A stretch of 64,000 nt of DNA from positions 15,379 to 79,378 of the forward strand of contig JAQWUD010000010.1 in assembly GCA_029242325.1 (NCBI GenBank), given 5' to 3'. Numbering within the stretch: the first letter of the stretch is position 1; each line of letters begins with the position of its first letter. Origin of the DNA: Luminiphilus sp. Lineage in GTDB: Bacteria; Pseudomonadota; Gammaproteobacteria; Pseudomonadales; Halieaceae. Shown in pieces: positions 1 to 10,953 of this stretch. The notes below the pieces were generated by a model, which ran no database searches, had not been told where the DNA came from, and saw only the letters and a list, made by a program, of their open reading frames with translations. The position numbers and the translations under genes were made by a program.

Positions 1-380
1 GCGGTTCTGTTACTGCCGGGCTTTCTATTTACGACACCATGCGATTCATCAAGCCCGATGTCAGCACGATGTGCATCGGTCAGGCCGCCTCTATGGGTGC
101 CTTCCTGCTCAGCGGAGGGACAAAGGGCAAGCGTTTCATCCTCCGCAACGCCCGTACGATGATTCATCAACCCAGCGGCGGCGCACAGGGCCAAGCCACG
201 GATATCGAAATTCAGGCAAAAGAAATCCTGTTTCTCCGCGAGCGGCTCAATGGCTTGCTGGCGGAGCACACCGGGCAGTCGATGGAGGAGATTGAGCGTG
301 ACACTGAGCGAGACCGGTTTATGAGCTCCGAGCAGAGCGTGGAGTATGGTTTGGTCGATGAAGTCATCAGTAGCCGGTAG
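1..380 (+). CDS. clpP: ATP-dependent Clp protease proteolytic subunit ClpP, C-terminal part (the 5' end lies upstream of the window)
   Basis: The frame is open from base 3. The translation [36 protein letters not shown]...MIHQPSGG matches the ClpP core, including the catalytic Ser context GQAASMG. clpX follows directly. Confidence 0.95.
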   Translation, partial: GSVTAGLSIYDTMRFIKPDVSTMCIGQAASMGAFLLSGGTKGKRFILRNARTMIHQPSGGAQGQATDIEIQAKEILFLRERLNGLLAEHTGQSMEEIERDTERDRFMSSEQSVEYGLVDEVISSR

Positions 381-457
381 CTATCAGCGACTTGCAAAGT
401 CCGATGAAACGTATCAATGTTACACAGATCCAGTCGCAAGACTAGACGGGGTTTTAG

Positions 458-1747
458 ATGACAGACGACAACAGTTCGGGCGATAGCGGCAGGCTTTTAT
501 ATTGCTCGTTTTGTGGCAAAAGCCAAAACGAGGTCAGGAAGCTGATTGCCGGGCCTTCCGTTTTTATATGCGACGAATGCGTTGACTTATGTAATGACAT
601 TATCCGTGAGGAAATTCAGGAGTCCGTCAACGAGGGAGAGGCCGCCAAGCTTCCTATCCCTGAAGAAATCTCTGACATTCTTAACCAATACGTCATTGGG
701 CAGCAGCAGGCGAAGCGCGTGCTGGCAGTGGCGGTTTACAACCACTATAAGCGCCTTCGCAATGCGGAACCCGCTGGCAAGGGAAGCGAGGAAGTAGAGC
801 TCAGCAAGTCTAATATTTTGTTGGTCGGGCCGACAGGTTCTGGCAAAACATTACTTGCAGAAACTTTGGCGCGCTTGCTGGACGTTCCGTTCACGATTGC
901 GGATGCGACCACGCTAACAGAAGCCGGTTATGTTGGAGAGGATGTCGAGAACATCATCCAGAAACTGCTGCAGAAATGTGATTATGACGTCGATCGAGCC
1001 CAGATGGGTATCGTGTACATTGATGAAATCGACAAGATTTCGCGGAAATCAGATAATCCCTCGATCACCAGAGATGTATCGGGTGAGGGTGTACAGCAGG
1101 CCTTGTTGAAGCTCATAGAGGGAACGGTGGCTTCAGTACCTCCGCAAGGAGGACGGAAACACCCTCAGCAGGAATTCCTGCAGGTAGATACCAGCAATAT
1201 TCTTTTCATCTGTGGCGGCGCTTTCGCTGGGCTCGACAAGGTCATCCGTAACCGCTCCGAGAAGGGTGGCATTGGTTTTGGTGCCGAGGTGAAAAGCAAG
1301 GATGAGACCAGTAATTTTGGGCAAACGCTGTCGGATTTGCAGCCCGAGGATCTCGTGCAATACGGTTTGATTCCCGAATTCGTAGGGCGCTTGCCGATTA
1401 TTGCGACCTTGGAGGAGCTCGATGCCGAGGCGTTAATACGTATTTTGACCGAACCCCGCAACGCCCTGACCAAGCAGTACAGCAAAATGTTTGAAATGGA
1501 AGGTGTGGAAATCGACTTCAGAGATGGCGGTCTTCAAGCAGTTGCAGAGAGAGCCATGGAGAGAAAAACCGGCGCCAGGGGCCTCCGTTCTATCTTGGAG
1601 GCGATCTTGCTTGAGTCGATGTACACGATCCCCTCTACTTCGGGCGTTGCCAAAATTGTGATTGACGAGTCTGTGGTCAAAGGCGATTCAGATCCCTTAC
1701 TGGTTTACGAAACACCCAGTGCAGCCGCAGTGGGGGCAGAGGAATAA
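458..1747 (+). CDS. clpX: ATP-dependent Clp protease ATP-binding subunit ClpX
   Basis: 429 aa. N-terminal zinc ribbon CSFCGK...CDEC, Walker [12 protein letters not shown] loop (GGIGFGA) and the conserved clpP-clpX-lon order. Confidence 0.97.
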   Translation: MTDDNSSGDSGRLLYCSFCGKSQNEVRKLIAGPSVFICDECVDLCNDIIREEIQESVNEGEAAKLPIPEEISDILNQYVIGQQQAKRVLAVAVYNHYKRLRNAEPAGKGSEEVELSKSNILLVGPTGSGKTLLAETLARLLDVPFTIADATTLTEAGYVGEDVENIIQKLLQKCDYDVDRAQMGIVYIDEIDKISRKSDNPSITRDVSGEGVQQALLKLIEGTVASVPPQGGRKHPQQEFLQVDTSNILFICGGAFAGLDKVIRNRSEKGGIGFGAEVKSKDETSNFGQTLSDLQPEDLVQYGLIPEFVGRLPIIATLEELDAEALIRILTEPRNALTKQYSKMFEMEGVEIDFRDGGLQAVAERAMERKTGARGLRSILEAILLESMYTIPSTSGVAKIVIDESVVKGDSDPLLVYETPSAAAVGAEE

Positions 1748-1828
1748 TTCGCCCCCACTTCGGTTCTGCACCTCTTTGTTTTCGATCCAAACCCTCCTCT
1801 ATTCGGTATCAAATAAAAGGCCTTAGGC

Positions 1829-1857
1829 CTTTAAAGTCATGAATGTGGCCCCCATAT
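1829..1857 (+). promoter_or_regulatory. Candidate sigma32 (heat-shock) promoter upstream of lon
   Basis: CTTTAAA (1829-1835), a 14-nt spacer, then CCCCATAT (1850-1857), compared with the consensus CTTGAAA-N13-17-CCCCATNT. It lies 26 nt upstream of the lon start region. lon is a classic sigma32 regulon member. Confidence 0.4.
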
Positions 1858-1882
1858 CTTTATACCGATTCAGGAGGAAATC

Positions 1883-4303
1883 ATGACGGATCAAGATCAG
1901 CAACTGCCGCTACTCCCCTTACGGGACGTGGTGGTGTACCCGCACATGGTGTTGCCACTCTTTGTGGGAAGAGAGCGCTCTGTAGAAGCGCTTGAGCACG
2001 CAATGCTTGATAACAAACAGGTGCTTCTGGTTGCTCAGAGAAACGCCTCAGATGATGAGCCCGGAGCCGATGACCTCTACCAAGTAGGCACCGTCTCCAA
2101 CATTTTGCAGTTGCTCAAGTTACCAGACGGCACGATCAAAGTGCTGGTAGAGGGCTGTTATCGGGCAGCGGTGTTGGCGGTGGATGAGGAAGAAGACTTC
2201 GCTATTGCCTCAGTCAGGCAAATAGAAGCTGCTACTGTGTCAGAGCCTGAGGCAGCCGCGCTGGTTAAGGCGACGGTAGAGCAGTTTGAGAAGTATGTGG
2301 GACTCAGTAGGAAGGTCCCGACCGAAGTACTCACCTCCCTGTCTGGTATCGATGAACCGGGTCGGCTTGCCGACACGATTTCCGCGCATATGAGCGTCGA
2401 TCTCGACGAAAAGCAGCGCATTTTGGAAATTGCTGATATCCGTGGCCGTCTGGAGCACCTGCAGTCACTGATGGACGCGGAGATAGACCTGTTTCAGGTC
2501 GAGAAACGCATCCGCGGTCGCGTGAAGAAGCAAATGGAGAAAAGCCAGCGCGAGTATTACCTCAACGAGCAGATGAAGGCGATCCAGAGAGAGCTCGGCG
2601 AAATGGATGATGCTCCCAATGAAATCGACGACCTGCTAAATAAAATCAACGAAGCCAAGATGCCAGAGGAGGCGTTGGAGAAAGCTAACGCCGAGCTGGG
2701 AAAGCTGAAAATGATGTCGCCGATGTCGGCGGAAGCCTCCGTTGTCAGAGGGTATTTAGACTGGATGGTCAGTATCCCTTGGACCAAGCGCAGCAAAGTC
2801 AGACATGATCTGAATCGGGCGCAACAAGTGCTGGACGAGGACCATTATGGACTTGAGGAGGTCAAGGAACGCATCCTCGAATATTTGGCGGTCCAGAAGC
2901 GAGTGCGCAAGCTCAAGGGACCCGTGCTTTGCCTGGTGGGTCCGCCGGGCGTAGGCAAGACGTCACTGGGCGAGTCGATTGCCCGTGCTACCAATCGAAA
3001 GTTCATTCGTATGGCATTGGGCGGGGTGAGAGACGAGGCAGAAATCCGTGGTCACCGACGAACCTACATTGGCTCAATGCCCGGAAAATTGCTGCAGAAA
3101 GTGGCTAAGGCGGGTGTTCGCAACCCGCTTTTTTTGCTAGATGAGATCGACAAGATGGGTATGGATCACAGAGGCGATCCGGCGTCAGCCATGCTAGAAG
3201 TGCTCGATCCCGAGCAAAATCATGCCTTCAACGATCATTACCTAGAGGTTGATTACGACCTCTCGGATATCATGTTTATCTGCACCTCGAATACCATGAA
3301 CATTCCGGGCCCGTTACTGGATCGCATGGAAGTCATCCGGCTTCCCGGCTACACCGAGGACGAAAAGCTCAACATCGCGCAGCGCTACCTGATTCCAAAG
3401 CAGACAAAATTGAATGGTCTCAAGGCAGACGAGATCTCCATCAGTGAAGCGGCTTGCCTGGATATTATTCGTTACTACACGCGAGAGGCCGGCGTGCGGG
3501 CACTCGAGCGTCAAATCGCAAAAGTGTGCCGCAAGATGGTGAAATCATTCACCTTGGGCGAGCGTGACAGCGGCCAAACGGTGACGCCGGATATGCTTAG
3601 CGATGTGCTTGGGGTCAGAAAATTCAATTTTGGCACCGCAGAGAAAGAAAGTAAGGTTGGTCAGGTTACAGGGCTTGCGTGGACATCTGTGGGTGGCGAA
3701 TTACTGACCATTGAAGTCGCGTCCACCATGGGCAAGGGCCGGATTGTGAAGACCGGCTCGCTCGGTGACGTGATGCAGGAGTCGATTCAGGCGGCTCTCA
3801 CAGTTGTTCGTGCCAAATCTCAAGCGCTTGGCATACCCGCAAGAATGCATGACGTGCGTGATATGCACATTCACGTCCCAGAGGGGGCCACACCAAAAGA
3901 TGGTCCTAGTGCGGGTATTGCCATGTGCACAGCGTTGGTCAGTAGTTTCACCGAGATCCCCGTTAGAGCGGACGTTGCGATGACAGGGGAAATCACCTTG
4001 CGTGGTGAGGTGCTCCCCATTGGAGGTCTGAAGGAAAAGCTTCTGGCTGCGAGGCGGGGTGGAATAGAAATTGTAGTGATCCCGCATGAGAATGAGAGAG
4101 ATCTGCAGGAAGTGCCCGACAATATCAAAGAGAATCTGGATATCCGGCCGGTAAAATGGATTGATGAGGTGCTGTCGATCGCCCTCGAGCACTTGCCACA
4201 GCCGCTTGCTGATGACGACTACATGGAGGGGTCGTTGTCGGCGGGCCGACCTGATGAGACAGACAGCGCGGAGAGCGGGACAAATCGCCCCAGATCTCAC
4301 TGA
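1883..4303 (+). CDS. lon: Lon protease (endopeptidase La)
   Basis: 806 aa. N-terminal LON domain (LPLLPLRDVVVYPHMVLPLFVGR), Walker A GPPGVGKTS, and protease Ser motif PKDGPSAGIAM. A GGAGG RBS sits upstream. Confidence 0.97.
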   Translation: MTDQDQQLPLLPLRDVVVYPHMVLPLFVGRERSVEALEHAMLDNKQVLLVAQRNASDDEPGADDLYQVGTVSNILQLLKLPDGTIKVLVEGCYRAAVLAVDEEEDFAIASVRQIEAATVSEPEAAALVKATVEQFEKYVGLSRKVPTEVLTSLSGIDEPGRLADTISAHMSVDLDEKQRILEIADIRGRLEHLQSLMDAEIDLFQVEKRIRGRVKKQMEKSQREYYLNEQMKAIQRELGEMDDAPNEIDDLLNKINEAKMPEEALEKANAELGKLKMMSPMSAEASVVRGYLDWMVSIPWTKRSKVRHDLNRAQQVLDEDHYGLEEVKERILEYLAVQKRVRKLKGPVLCLVGPPGVGKTSLGESIARATNRKFIRMALGGVRDEAEIRGHRRTYIGSMPGKLLQKVAKAGVRNPLFLLDEIDKMGMDHRGDPASAMLEVLDPEQNHAFNDHYLEVDYDLSDIMFICTSNTMNIPGPLLDRMEVIRLPGYTEDEKLNIAQRYLIPKQTKLNGLKADEISISEAACLDIIRYYTREAGVRALERQIAKVCRKMVKSFTLGERDSGQTVTPDMLSDVLGVRKFNFGTAEKESKVGQVTGLAWTSVGGELLTIEVASTMGKGRIVKTGSLGDVMQESIQAALTVVRAKSQALGIPARMHDVRDMHIHVPEGATPKDGPSAGIAMCTALVSSFTEIPVRADVAMTGEITLRGEVLPIGGLKEKLLAARRGGIEIVVIPHENERDLQEVPDNIKENLDIRPVKWIDEVLSIALEHLPQPLADDDYMEGSLSAGRPDETDSAESGTNRPRSH

Positions 4304-4413
4304 TTTCAGGGGCTGAACGCGTTGACCCTTGCTGGAGTGAGGAGTAGTCTAACTCAGGGCTCTGAGGTGAGCGCCTTTGATACGTATAAGTGAATAGACT
4401 CGAGGGAGACAAT

Positions 4414-4689
4414 GTGAACAAAAATGACTTGATTGATGCGATTGCCGCTGACGCGGACCTGTCCAAGGCCTCCGCTGGCCGCGCACTCGATGCTGTGGTT
4501 GGCGCAATCACTGGAGCTCTGGCAAAAGGCGGCAGTGTCTCATTGGTGGGTTTTGGCACTTTCGCCGTTAAGGCACGTGCTGCTCGGCAAGGACGCAACC
4601 CCCGCACGGGAGAGGCCATTCAGATCGCTGCGTCGAATACCCCTGGATTCAAGGCAGGGAAGGCACTCAAGGATGCCGTAAACAAATAA
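4414..4689 (+). CDS. hupB: DNA-binding protein HU-beta
   Basis: The HU family sequence [10 protein letters not shown]...[42 protein letters not shown] is present. I prefer the GTG at 4414, preceded by a GAGGGAG RBS, over the track start at 4390, because HU proteins begin MNK-. Confidence 0.9.
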   Translation: MNKNDLIDAIAADADLSKASAGRALDAVVGAITGALAKGGSVSLVGFGTFAVKARAARQGRNPRTGEAIQIAASNTPGFKAGKALKDAVNK

Positions 4690-4723
4690 ATAAACATCAC
4701 CGCGTTGCCTAACGGTGACCTCG

Positions 4724-4747
4724 GAAAGGCGCTCTAGAGCGCCTTTC
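4724..4747 (+). terminator. Rho-independent terminator-like hairpin after hupB
   Basis: Perfect 11-bp inverted repeat GAAAGGCGCTC-TA-GAGCGCCTTTC followed by TTACGTCTT. Confidence 0.55.
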
Positions 4748-4858
4748 TTACGTCTTGGTCCGATAAAAAGGTTGGCGTATTGAGTCAGTAAAATACTGCG
4801 ACTGCGTGTCCTCATCGCAGGTCGCCGAATAACACACTGCTCGGAGAGCACAGATATC

Positions 4859-6736
4859 ATGCTTCAATCTATGCGTCAGAGTACGCAGGGCACCACAGCA
4901 AAAATTATCATTGGTTTGATCGTCCTGTCCTTTGCAGCCTTTGGGCTCGAAACGTTACTCCCGGGCGGGTCGGGTAGTTCTGTTGCGGACGTCAACGGAG
5001 AAGAGATCACGCCCTTCGCCTTGCAAGAAGCTGTGACACAACAGAAACGCCAGTTGGTGAGCATCTTGGGAGATAACGTCGATCCCGCCATGTTGGATGA
5101 TGATCGACTGCGTCCCAGAGCGATTGAGTCACTCATTCAGCGCATGTTGCTGTTGCAGCAGGCGTCAGCACTTAATCTATCCGCCTCTGACGGACAGATT
5201 GGTGCGTCAATAACGTCTAACGAGGTGTTCCAGCTCAACGGAGTGTTCTCTACTGATGCTTACAAGAGCGTGCTGGCCAACGCCGGATACACCCCTGAAC
5301 GGTTTAAACGAGCCCAAGCCGAAGATATTGTCCTAACACAATTGCAATCAGGCCTGCGCGAGTCGGAATTTTCGACCGCCACCGAGATCAGCGCCGCTAC
5401 GAATTTGTTGGCTGAAGAGCGAGACGTACGGTATATCGCAATAGCCTCTGACGAATTGGTGAACGATGGCGACCTGTCTCCCGCCGCTCTCCGACAGTAT
5501 TACGAGCAAAACGAAGCGGCCTTTTTTTATCCCGAGCAGCTGGTATCGGATTTCATACTACTGAGTCCGGAAGATTTTCCAGTAGATATCGAACGGGAGG
5601 CTGTTGAGGAGCAGTTTGAAGTGGTTAAGGAGGAGTACGCGGTCGCCGAGCAGGCCCGGGTATCTCACATCCTCCTCATGCCGGGGAACGATGAGGCGGA
5701 GTCTGCGTTTGCTAACCGAATTAGCAACGTTTCTGATCGATTGTCTAGGGGAGAGGATTTTTCGGCACTTGCTGCTGAGCTATCAGACGATCTGGGATCA
5801 GCCGGCTTGGGCGGTGAGCTTGGGTTTACTGACGGAACGGCTTTCCCCGAAGAGATGGAATCGGCGATCGCAGCCTTGACTGAGGTTGGGCAGATATCGC
5901 CAGCGGTGCAAACAGAGGCGGGGACTCACTTTATCCGGCTGGACGAGAGAATTCTCGCAGAATCGATCGACACCGAGGCGATTCTGAATGAGGTAGAAGC
6001 GTCGATGAAGGCAACGGCGTCGGAGCGAGAGTTGCTCTTGGCCGTGGAGGAATTGCGAGATCTCGTTTTCAACGCGGCTGACCTGGACGCTCCTGCAAAG
6101 CAAATCAATGCAATGGTGCAACAGTCAGAGCCATTCTCTATTGAGTCAGGCCGAGGGATATTTGGGGAGCAGCGATTACGGGACATCGCCTTTTCCGATG
6201 ACGTCCTGGAGCAGAGCAATAATAGTGAGATAGTCGAGTTGTCAGATAAGCGCTTTGTGGTGTTGCGCGTGCGAGACAGGCGGCCACCCCAGGCGGCGCC
6301 CTTCTCTGATGTCGAGGCAAAGATCAAGGAGAGGCTGCGCGCGGATAAGGAGGCAACATCCCTTGCAACAATGCAGGATCGCGTCGAAGCGGTGCTCGTC
6401 AGTGGCGGTACGCTGGAATCTGCAGCGGCCGACCTCAAACTGGAGTGGCGAGTGGAGCTCGCTTCGACCCGCCTCTCCAGCCAGCTACCGCGCCCCGTTT
6501 TGGAGGCCGCTTTTGCAATGCCTGCCGGTCAGCCACAAGCGCTTCGGGTTGTCGCCATCCCCGGAGAGGGTTACGCGCTGGTGCAACTGGCGAGAGTTTC
6601 CGCTGGGGATGTGAACGCACTGGGGAGCCGCGAGACTCAGGCAATCACTGCGCGAAGACTCTCCGAGCAGCAGGAGCTCAGCTTTGCCGAGTATCTCCTT
6701 CACCATCGCAATACGGCAGATATTGTTGTCAGGTAA
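4859..6736 (+). CDS. ppiD: Periplasmic chaperone / peptidyl-prolyl isomerase PpiD
   Basis: 625 aa. N-terminal membrane anchor (AKIIIGLIVLSFAAFGL) and a central parvulin-like segment (ARVSHILL...). Its position after hupB matches E. coli. Confidence 0.85.
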   Translation: MLQSMRQSTQGTTAKIIIGLIVLSFAAFGLETLLPGGSGSSVADVNGEEITPFALQEAVTQQKRQLVSILGDNVDPAMLDDDRLRPRAIESLIQRMLLLQQASALNLSASDGQIGASITSNEVFQLNGVFSTDAYKSVLANAGYTPERFKRAQAEDIVLTQLQSGLRESEFSTATEISAATNLLAEERDVRYIAIASDELVNDGDLSPAALRQYYEQNEAAFFYPEQLVSDFILLSPEDFPVDIEREAVEEQFEVVKEEYAVAEQARVSHILLMPGNDEAESAFANRISNVSDRLSRGEDFSALAAELSDDLGSAGLGGELGFTDGTAFPEEMESAIAALTEVGQISPAVQTEAGTHFIRLDERILAESIDTEAILNEVEASMKATASERELLLAVEELRDLVFNAADLDAPAKQINAMVQQSEPFSIESGRGIFGEQRLRDIAFSDDVLEQSNNSEIVELSDKRFVVLRVRDRRPPQAAPFSDVEAKIKERLRADKEATSLATMQDRVEAVLVSGGTLESAAADLKLEWRVELASTRLSSQLPRPVLEAAFAMPAGQPQALRVVAIPGEGYALVQLARVSAGDVNALGSRETQAITARRLSEQQELSFAEYLLHHRNTADIVVR

Positions 6737-6768
6737 TTATAGCCTCCGACACGATATGGGGGATTGAT

Positions 6769-7350
6769 ATGGCCGCGGACTCGCTGGATGAGAATAATCG
6801 TCTGCATACCTTGCTTGGAAATGTCCCTGACAAGGCCCATAACCGTTTGCGTGACCCGATCGCCTCGATCAATGGTAGGCGCCCAGCGCCGTTGCAAGAC
6901 TGGCACCCCGAGAATTGTGGCGACATCGATATGGCAATCTCCGCCGAGGGTACCTGGTACCATGAGGGCGTCGCAATTCGTCGCACCGAACTCTGGCAGC
7001 TATTTGCCGGCATTCTTCGGCGCGAGGCTGATGGACACTATTACCTTGTGACTCCGGTGGAGAAGTGCCGGGTATCGGTAGCGCTACACCCTTTGATCAT
7101 TACCGACATAGAACCGCAATCAGATCCCCAAGGCGCGGTGCTAATGGCCTCTTTAAACGCCGGCGGCGTATTCCCCATCTCGGCGGCTTATCCCATCGCC
7201 CTCGAGCCCAGAGCGAGCGGGGCAGCCTACATCAGCTTGCCGCAGGGGCTCTCTGCCCTGTGCTCTCGAGCGGCCTGGTATCGATTGGTTGCAATGGCTG
7301 GCGATGACAATGTCATTGCCAGTGGCGGAGTCCGATTCCCGTTATCATAA
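6769..7350 (+). CDS. DUF1285 family protein
   Basis: The ATG at 6769 gives 193 aa. The core WHPENCGDIDMAISAEGTWYHEGVAIRRTELWQLFAGILRREADGHYYLVTPVEKCRV is the DUF1285 signature as I recall it. The track ORF start at 6445 overlaps ppiD and is unlikely. Confidence 0.7.
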   Translation: MAADSLDENNRLHTLLGNVPDKAHNRLRDPIASINGRRPAPLQDWHPENCGDIDMAISAEGTWYHEGVAIRRTELWQLFAGILRREADGHYYLVTPVEKCRVSVALHPLIITDIEPQSDPQGAVLMASLNAGGVFPISAAYPIALEPRASGAAYISLPQGLSALCSRAAWYRLVAMAGDDNVIASGGVRFPLS

Positions 7351-7359
7351 TGCCGCGGG

Positions 7360-8994
7360 CTACATGTTAGGGTAGTTCGGGCCCCCGAAGCCTTCCGGAG
7401 TCATCCAGATAATATTCTGGGAAGGATCTTTGATATCGCAGGTCTTGCAGTGGACGCAGTTCTGGCCGTTGATTTGGAACCGAGGGCCCTCGGGTTCGTC
7501 AACAATCTCATAAACACCCGCTGGGCAATACCGTTGCGCGGGCTCCGCGTAGCGGGGCAAGTTCACCGAAATAGGTATCGCACTATCTTTCAGCGTGAGG
7601 TGACAAGGCTGATCTTCCTCGTGGTTTGTATTGGAAAGGAAGACGGAAGAAAGTCTATCGAAGGTAATGGTGTTATCGGGCTTGGGATATTCAATTCTCT
7701 TCGCCGAGCTGGCCTCATCAAGGCAAGCGTGGTCGGGCTTGCTGTCATGCAGGGTGAACGGTAGGCGGCCCAAGAATATATTCTGGTCGACCCAAACCAT
7801 GGCCGCACCAATAAGGGTCCCGAATTTATGCATAAACCCTGAAAAATTTCGCGAGCCATGCAATTCCTTGCCCAGCCATGAACTTTTGATTCTGTCAGCG
7901 TAATCGCTCAACACTGGCTGCGCGGACCCGGATTGGAGCCCGGCCATGATGCTCTCAGCGGCCAGCATTCCACTCTTCATCGCCGTGTGGTTGCCTTTTA
8001 TTTTAACGCTGTTGAGCGTGCCTGCATCGCAGCCAACTAACACACCCCCGGGGAAAGCCATCTCCGGCAGTGAATTTTGCCCACCTTTCGCTAACGCGCG
8101 CGCGCCATATGCTATCCGTTCTCCGCCCTCTAAAACCTCACGTGTCTTGGGGTGTAACTTCCAGCGCTGGAATTCTTCGAACGGGCTCAGGTAGGGGTTG
8201 CTGTAATTGAGGTCCGCAATCAGGCCCAAATAAACCTCATGATTCTCGGCGTGGTACAAAAAGGCACCGCCGCTGGATCCAGATTCGGAGAGCGGCCAGC
8301 CTATCCCATGTACGACTAATCCCTCCTGATGTTTCTCGGGATCAATCTTCCAAACCTCTTTAATGCCGATGCCGTAGTGCTGAGGGTCTTTGCCTTCGTC
8401 GAGGGCAAAGTGCGATATCAGTTGCTTTCCAAGGTGCCCTCGGCAACCTTCAGCGAACACCGTATAGCGGGCGTGTAACTCCATGCTCGGCACATAATTG
8501 TCTTTCTGCTCGCCGTCCGCGGCGACGCCCATTTCTCCCGTCGCTATGCCTTTTACCGCGCCATCATCGTGAAAGATGATCTCGGCCGCGGTGAAGCCAG
8601 GATAGATTTCAACTCCCAGCCCCTCTGCCTGCTCGCCTAACCAGCGGCACACGTTACCCATCGATACAATGTAGTTGCCGTCATTATGGGTCGGCCGGGG
8701 AATGGCGAACCCGGGCAGTTTGATTGCACTGGTTTGCCCCGTATAAAAGTAAAAATGATCGCCGGCAACGGGGGTGTTGAGCGGCGCGCCTCGGTCCTGC
8801 CAATCAGGAAATAGCTCCTCAAGCGCGCGGGGCTCGAGAACGGCACCGGAGAGAATGTGGGCGCCCACCTCCGAGCCTTTTTCAACAACGCAAACGGTCG
8901 TTTCTCGCCCCTCAGATTCAGCCAGCTGCATCAGCCTGATTGCCGCCGACAGGCCAGCTGGGCCAGCACCGACGATGACAACATCAAATTCCAT
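7360..8994 (-). CDS. Electron-transfer flavoprotein:ubiquinone oxidoreductase (ETF-QO)
   Basis: FAD fold MEFDVVIVGAGPAGLSAA and a C-terminal 4Fe-4S region CPAGVYE...NCVHCKTCDIKDP. I prefer the ATG at 8994, which has an upstream GGAAAGAG, over the GTG at 9009. The gene is divergent from etfBA. Confidence 0.92.
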   Translation of the reverse strand: MEFDVVIVGAGPAGLSAAIRLMQLAESEGRETTVCVVEKGSEVGAHILSGAVLEPRALEELFPDWQDRGAPLNTPVAGDHFYFYTGQTSAIKLPGFAIPRPTHNDGNYIVSMGNVCRWLGEQAEGLGVEIYPGFTAAEIIFHDDGAVKGIATGEMGVAADGEQKDNYVPSMELHARYTVFAEGCRGHLGKQLISHFALDEGKDPQHYGIGIKEVWKIDPEKHQEGLVVHGIGWPLSESGSSGGAFLYHAENHEVYLGLIADLNYSNPYLSPFEEFQRWKLHPKTREVLEGGERIAYGARALAKGGQNSLPEMAFPGGVLVGCDAGTLNSVKIKGNHTAMKSGMLAAESIMAGLQSGSAQPVLSDYADRIKSSWLGKELHGSRNFSGFMHKFGTLIGAAMVWVDQNIFLGRLPFTLHDSKPDHACLDEASSAKRIEYPKPDNTITFDRLSSVFLSNTNHEEDQPCHLTLKDSAIPISVNLPRYAEPAQRYCPAGVYEIVDEPEGPRFQINGQNCVHCKTCDIKDPSQNIIWMTPEGFGGPNYPNM

Positions 8995-9274
8995 GGATTC
9001 TCTTTCCACACCGTCCCCCGCATCGCAAGATGGCTAAACATTGGCTTGATCCAGCTCCGCCAAATTTCAGTAAAATGACGGTGCGCTGGGTGATTTGCTA
9101 CCGGCCGGCATGATACACTATGAGCGCCGTGTTCACAGGTGACTGACAGCGTTTGTAACGGTGTATTAGCGCCCCCCGGCGGTGATATTCAGCGTAGGTG
9201 AGTGGCATACCAAAAAGCCGAGGCATGGCGATCAGATAATCTGCAAACAGTTCCACACTTCATTTGGAGAACCC

Positions 9275-10024
9275 ATGAAAGCATTGGTCGCGGTAAAACG
9301 CGTGGTTGATTACAACGTCAAGGTGCGCGCAAAAACGGACGGTACTGACGTTGATCTCAATAACGTGAAAATGGCGATAAACCCGTTTTGTGAGATTGCG
9401 GTTGAAGAAGCGGTGCGCCTCAAAGAGGCGGGCACTGTGGCGGAAATCGTGGCCGTGTCGGTGGGTGAGAGCAGTTGTCAGGAGCAAATTCGAACTGCGT
9501 TAGCGCTGGGCGCGGACAGGGGAATTCACGTAGAAGTGGAAGGGCGGCCTGAGCCACTTTCCATAGCCAAACTCCTGAAGGCTGTGATCGCGCAGGAAAG
9601 CCCCGACTTAGTCATCCTTGGGAAGCAATCCATCGATGGTGACAACAATCAAACTGGCCAAATGCTTGGCGCACTGACTGGTATGGGGCAGGGCACCTTT
9701 GCATCGGAGATCAAGGTCACCGACGGTGCGGTCGAAGTGGTGAGGGAGGTCGATGGTGGACTGCAGACAGTTTCGATCAGCCTGCCCGCGATCGTGACGA
9801 CTGACTTACGACTGAACGAGCCCAGATACGCGTCTCTTCCCAACATTATGAAAGCAAAAAAGAAGCCCCTCGAAACCCTGACTCCAGAGCAGCTTTCGGT
9901 GTCCGTCCAGCCCCATGTCACTCAGATTGGCGTGTCGCCGCCGCCCGAGAGAGCAGCTGGTATAAAGGTAGAAAACGTATCGCAACTGGTCGATAAACTG
10001 AAAAATGAAGCGAAGGTAATCTGA
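9275..10024 (+). CDS. etfB: Electron transfer flavoprotein beta subunit
   Basis: MKALVAVKRVVDYNVKVR... is a typical EtfB N-terminus, and a GGAGA RBS lies 5 nt upstream of the ATG at 9275. The track start at 9182 adds 31 non-homologous residues. Confidence 0.93.
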   Translation: MKALVAVKRVVDYNVKVRAKTDGTDVDLNNVKMAINPFCEIAVEEAVRLKEAGTVAEIVAVSVGESSCQEQIRTALALGADRGIHVEVEGRPEPLSIAKLLKAVIAQESPDLVILGKQSIDGDNNQTGQMLGALTGMGQGTFASEIKVTDGAVEVVREVDGGLQTVSISLPAIVTTDLRLNEPRYASLPNIMKAKKKPLETLTPEQLSVSVQPHVTQIGVSPPPERAAGIKVENVSQLVDKLKNEAKVI

Positions 10025-10953
10025 TGAAAACGTTAGTGATTGCTGAACACGATAACACCACTCTTAAAGTAGCCACGCTCAATGCTGTGGCTGCGGCCAC
10101 TGCGATCGGCGGTGATATTGATATCTTGGTAGCAGGCGCACAGTGCGGACCTGCTGCGGAAGCCGCTGCCAAGGTACCCGGTGTGGCAAAGGTAATTTGC
10201 GCTGACCATGCGGTCTATGAGCATCAGCTCGCAGAGAACATCGGCCTGTTGGTCGCTGAGGTGGGCGCCGACTATGACAATGTGCTTGCAGCGTCGACGG
10301 CAAATGGCAAAAACTTCATGCCAAGAGTCGCAGCGTTGCTGGACGTGGCGCAAATCTCCGACATTCTTTCCGTGGAGAGCGCGGATACCTTTAAGCGACC
10401 GATATACGCGGGAAATGTCATCGCAACCGTACAATCTAGCGATCCCAAAAAAGTTATTACAGTCCGCACAACCGCGTTCGACGCCGCACCGGCCGAGGGA
10501 GGCAGTGCAACCATCGAGGCCTGCACCGCGGTGCACGACGCTGGTGTATCCAAGTTTCTCCGTGAAGAAGTCGCTAAGTCTGATCGCCCTGAACTGACGT
10601 CTGCTTCAGTGATCATCTCAGGTGGCCGCGGGATGCAAAATGGCGACAACTTTAGCTTGCTAGAGGGTATTGCAGATAAGCTGAATGCTGCCATCGGCGC
10701 CTCTCGGGCAGCAGTGGACGCTGGCTTTGTGCCGAATGACTATCAAGTGGGTCAGACCGGCAAGATCGTTGCGCCAGATCTCTATGTTGCCGTGGGTATT
10801 TCTGGCGCTATCCAGCACTTGGCGGGTATGAAAGACAGCAAGGTGATTGTGGCTATCAACAAGGACGAGGACGCGCCTATTTTTCAAGTTGCTGACTATG
10901 GCCTCGTTGCGGATTTATTTGAGGCACTACCAGAGCTCGAGGCAGCGTTATAG
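10024..10953 (+). CDS. etfA: Electron transfer flavoprotein alpha subunit
   Basis: 309 aa with the C-terminal FAD signature [27 protein letters not shown]. There is a 1-nt stop/start overlap with etfB (TGATG). Confidence 0.95.
   Translation: MKTLVIAEHDNTTLKVATLNAVAAATAIGGDIDILVAGAQCGPAAEAAAKVPGVAKVICADHAVYEHQLAENIGLLVAEVGADYDNVLAASTANGKNFMPRVAALLDVAQISDILSVESADTFKRPIYAGNVIATVQSSDPKKVITVRTTAFDAAPAEGGSATIEACTAVHDAGVSKFLREEVAKSDRPELTSASVIISGGRGMQNGDNFSLLEGIADKLNAAIGASRAAVDAGFVPNDYQVGQTGKIVAPDLYVAVGISGAIQHLAGMKDSKVIVAINKDEDAPIFQVADYGLVADLFEALPELEAAL

Noticed and set aside
3701-4619. 199-aa and 164-aa minus-strand ORFs over the lon 3' end and hupB
   Set aside because: They are antisense to two highly conserved genes and have no motifs. 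These are frame-shadow artefacts.
6445-6768. 108-codon N-terminal extension of the DUF1285 ORF
   Set aside because: It overlaps the ppiD 3' end in another frame, is Arg/Gly/Pro-rich and non-homologous. The family-conserved region begins after the ATG at 6769.
9182-9274. Longer EtfB form starting at 9182
   Set aside because: The added 31 residues are not EtfB-like, whereas the ATG at 9275 has a GGAGA RBS and yields the canonical MKALVAVKRV N-terminus.
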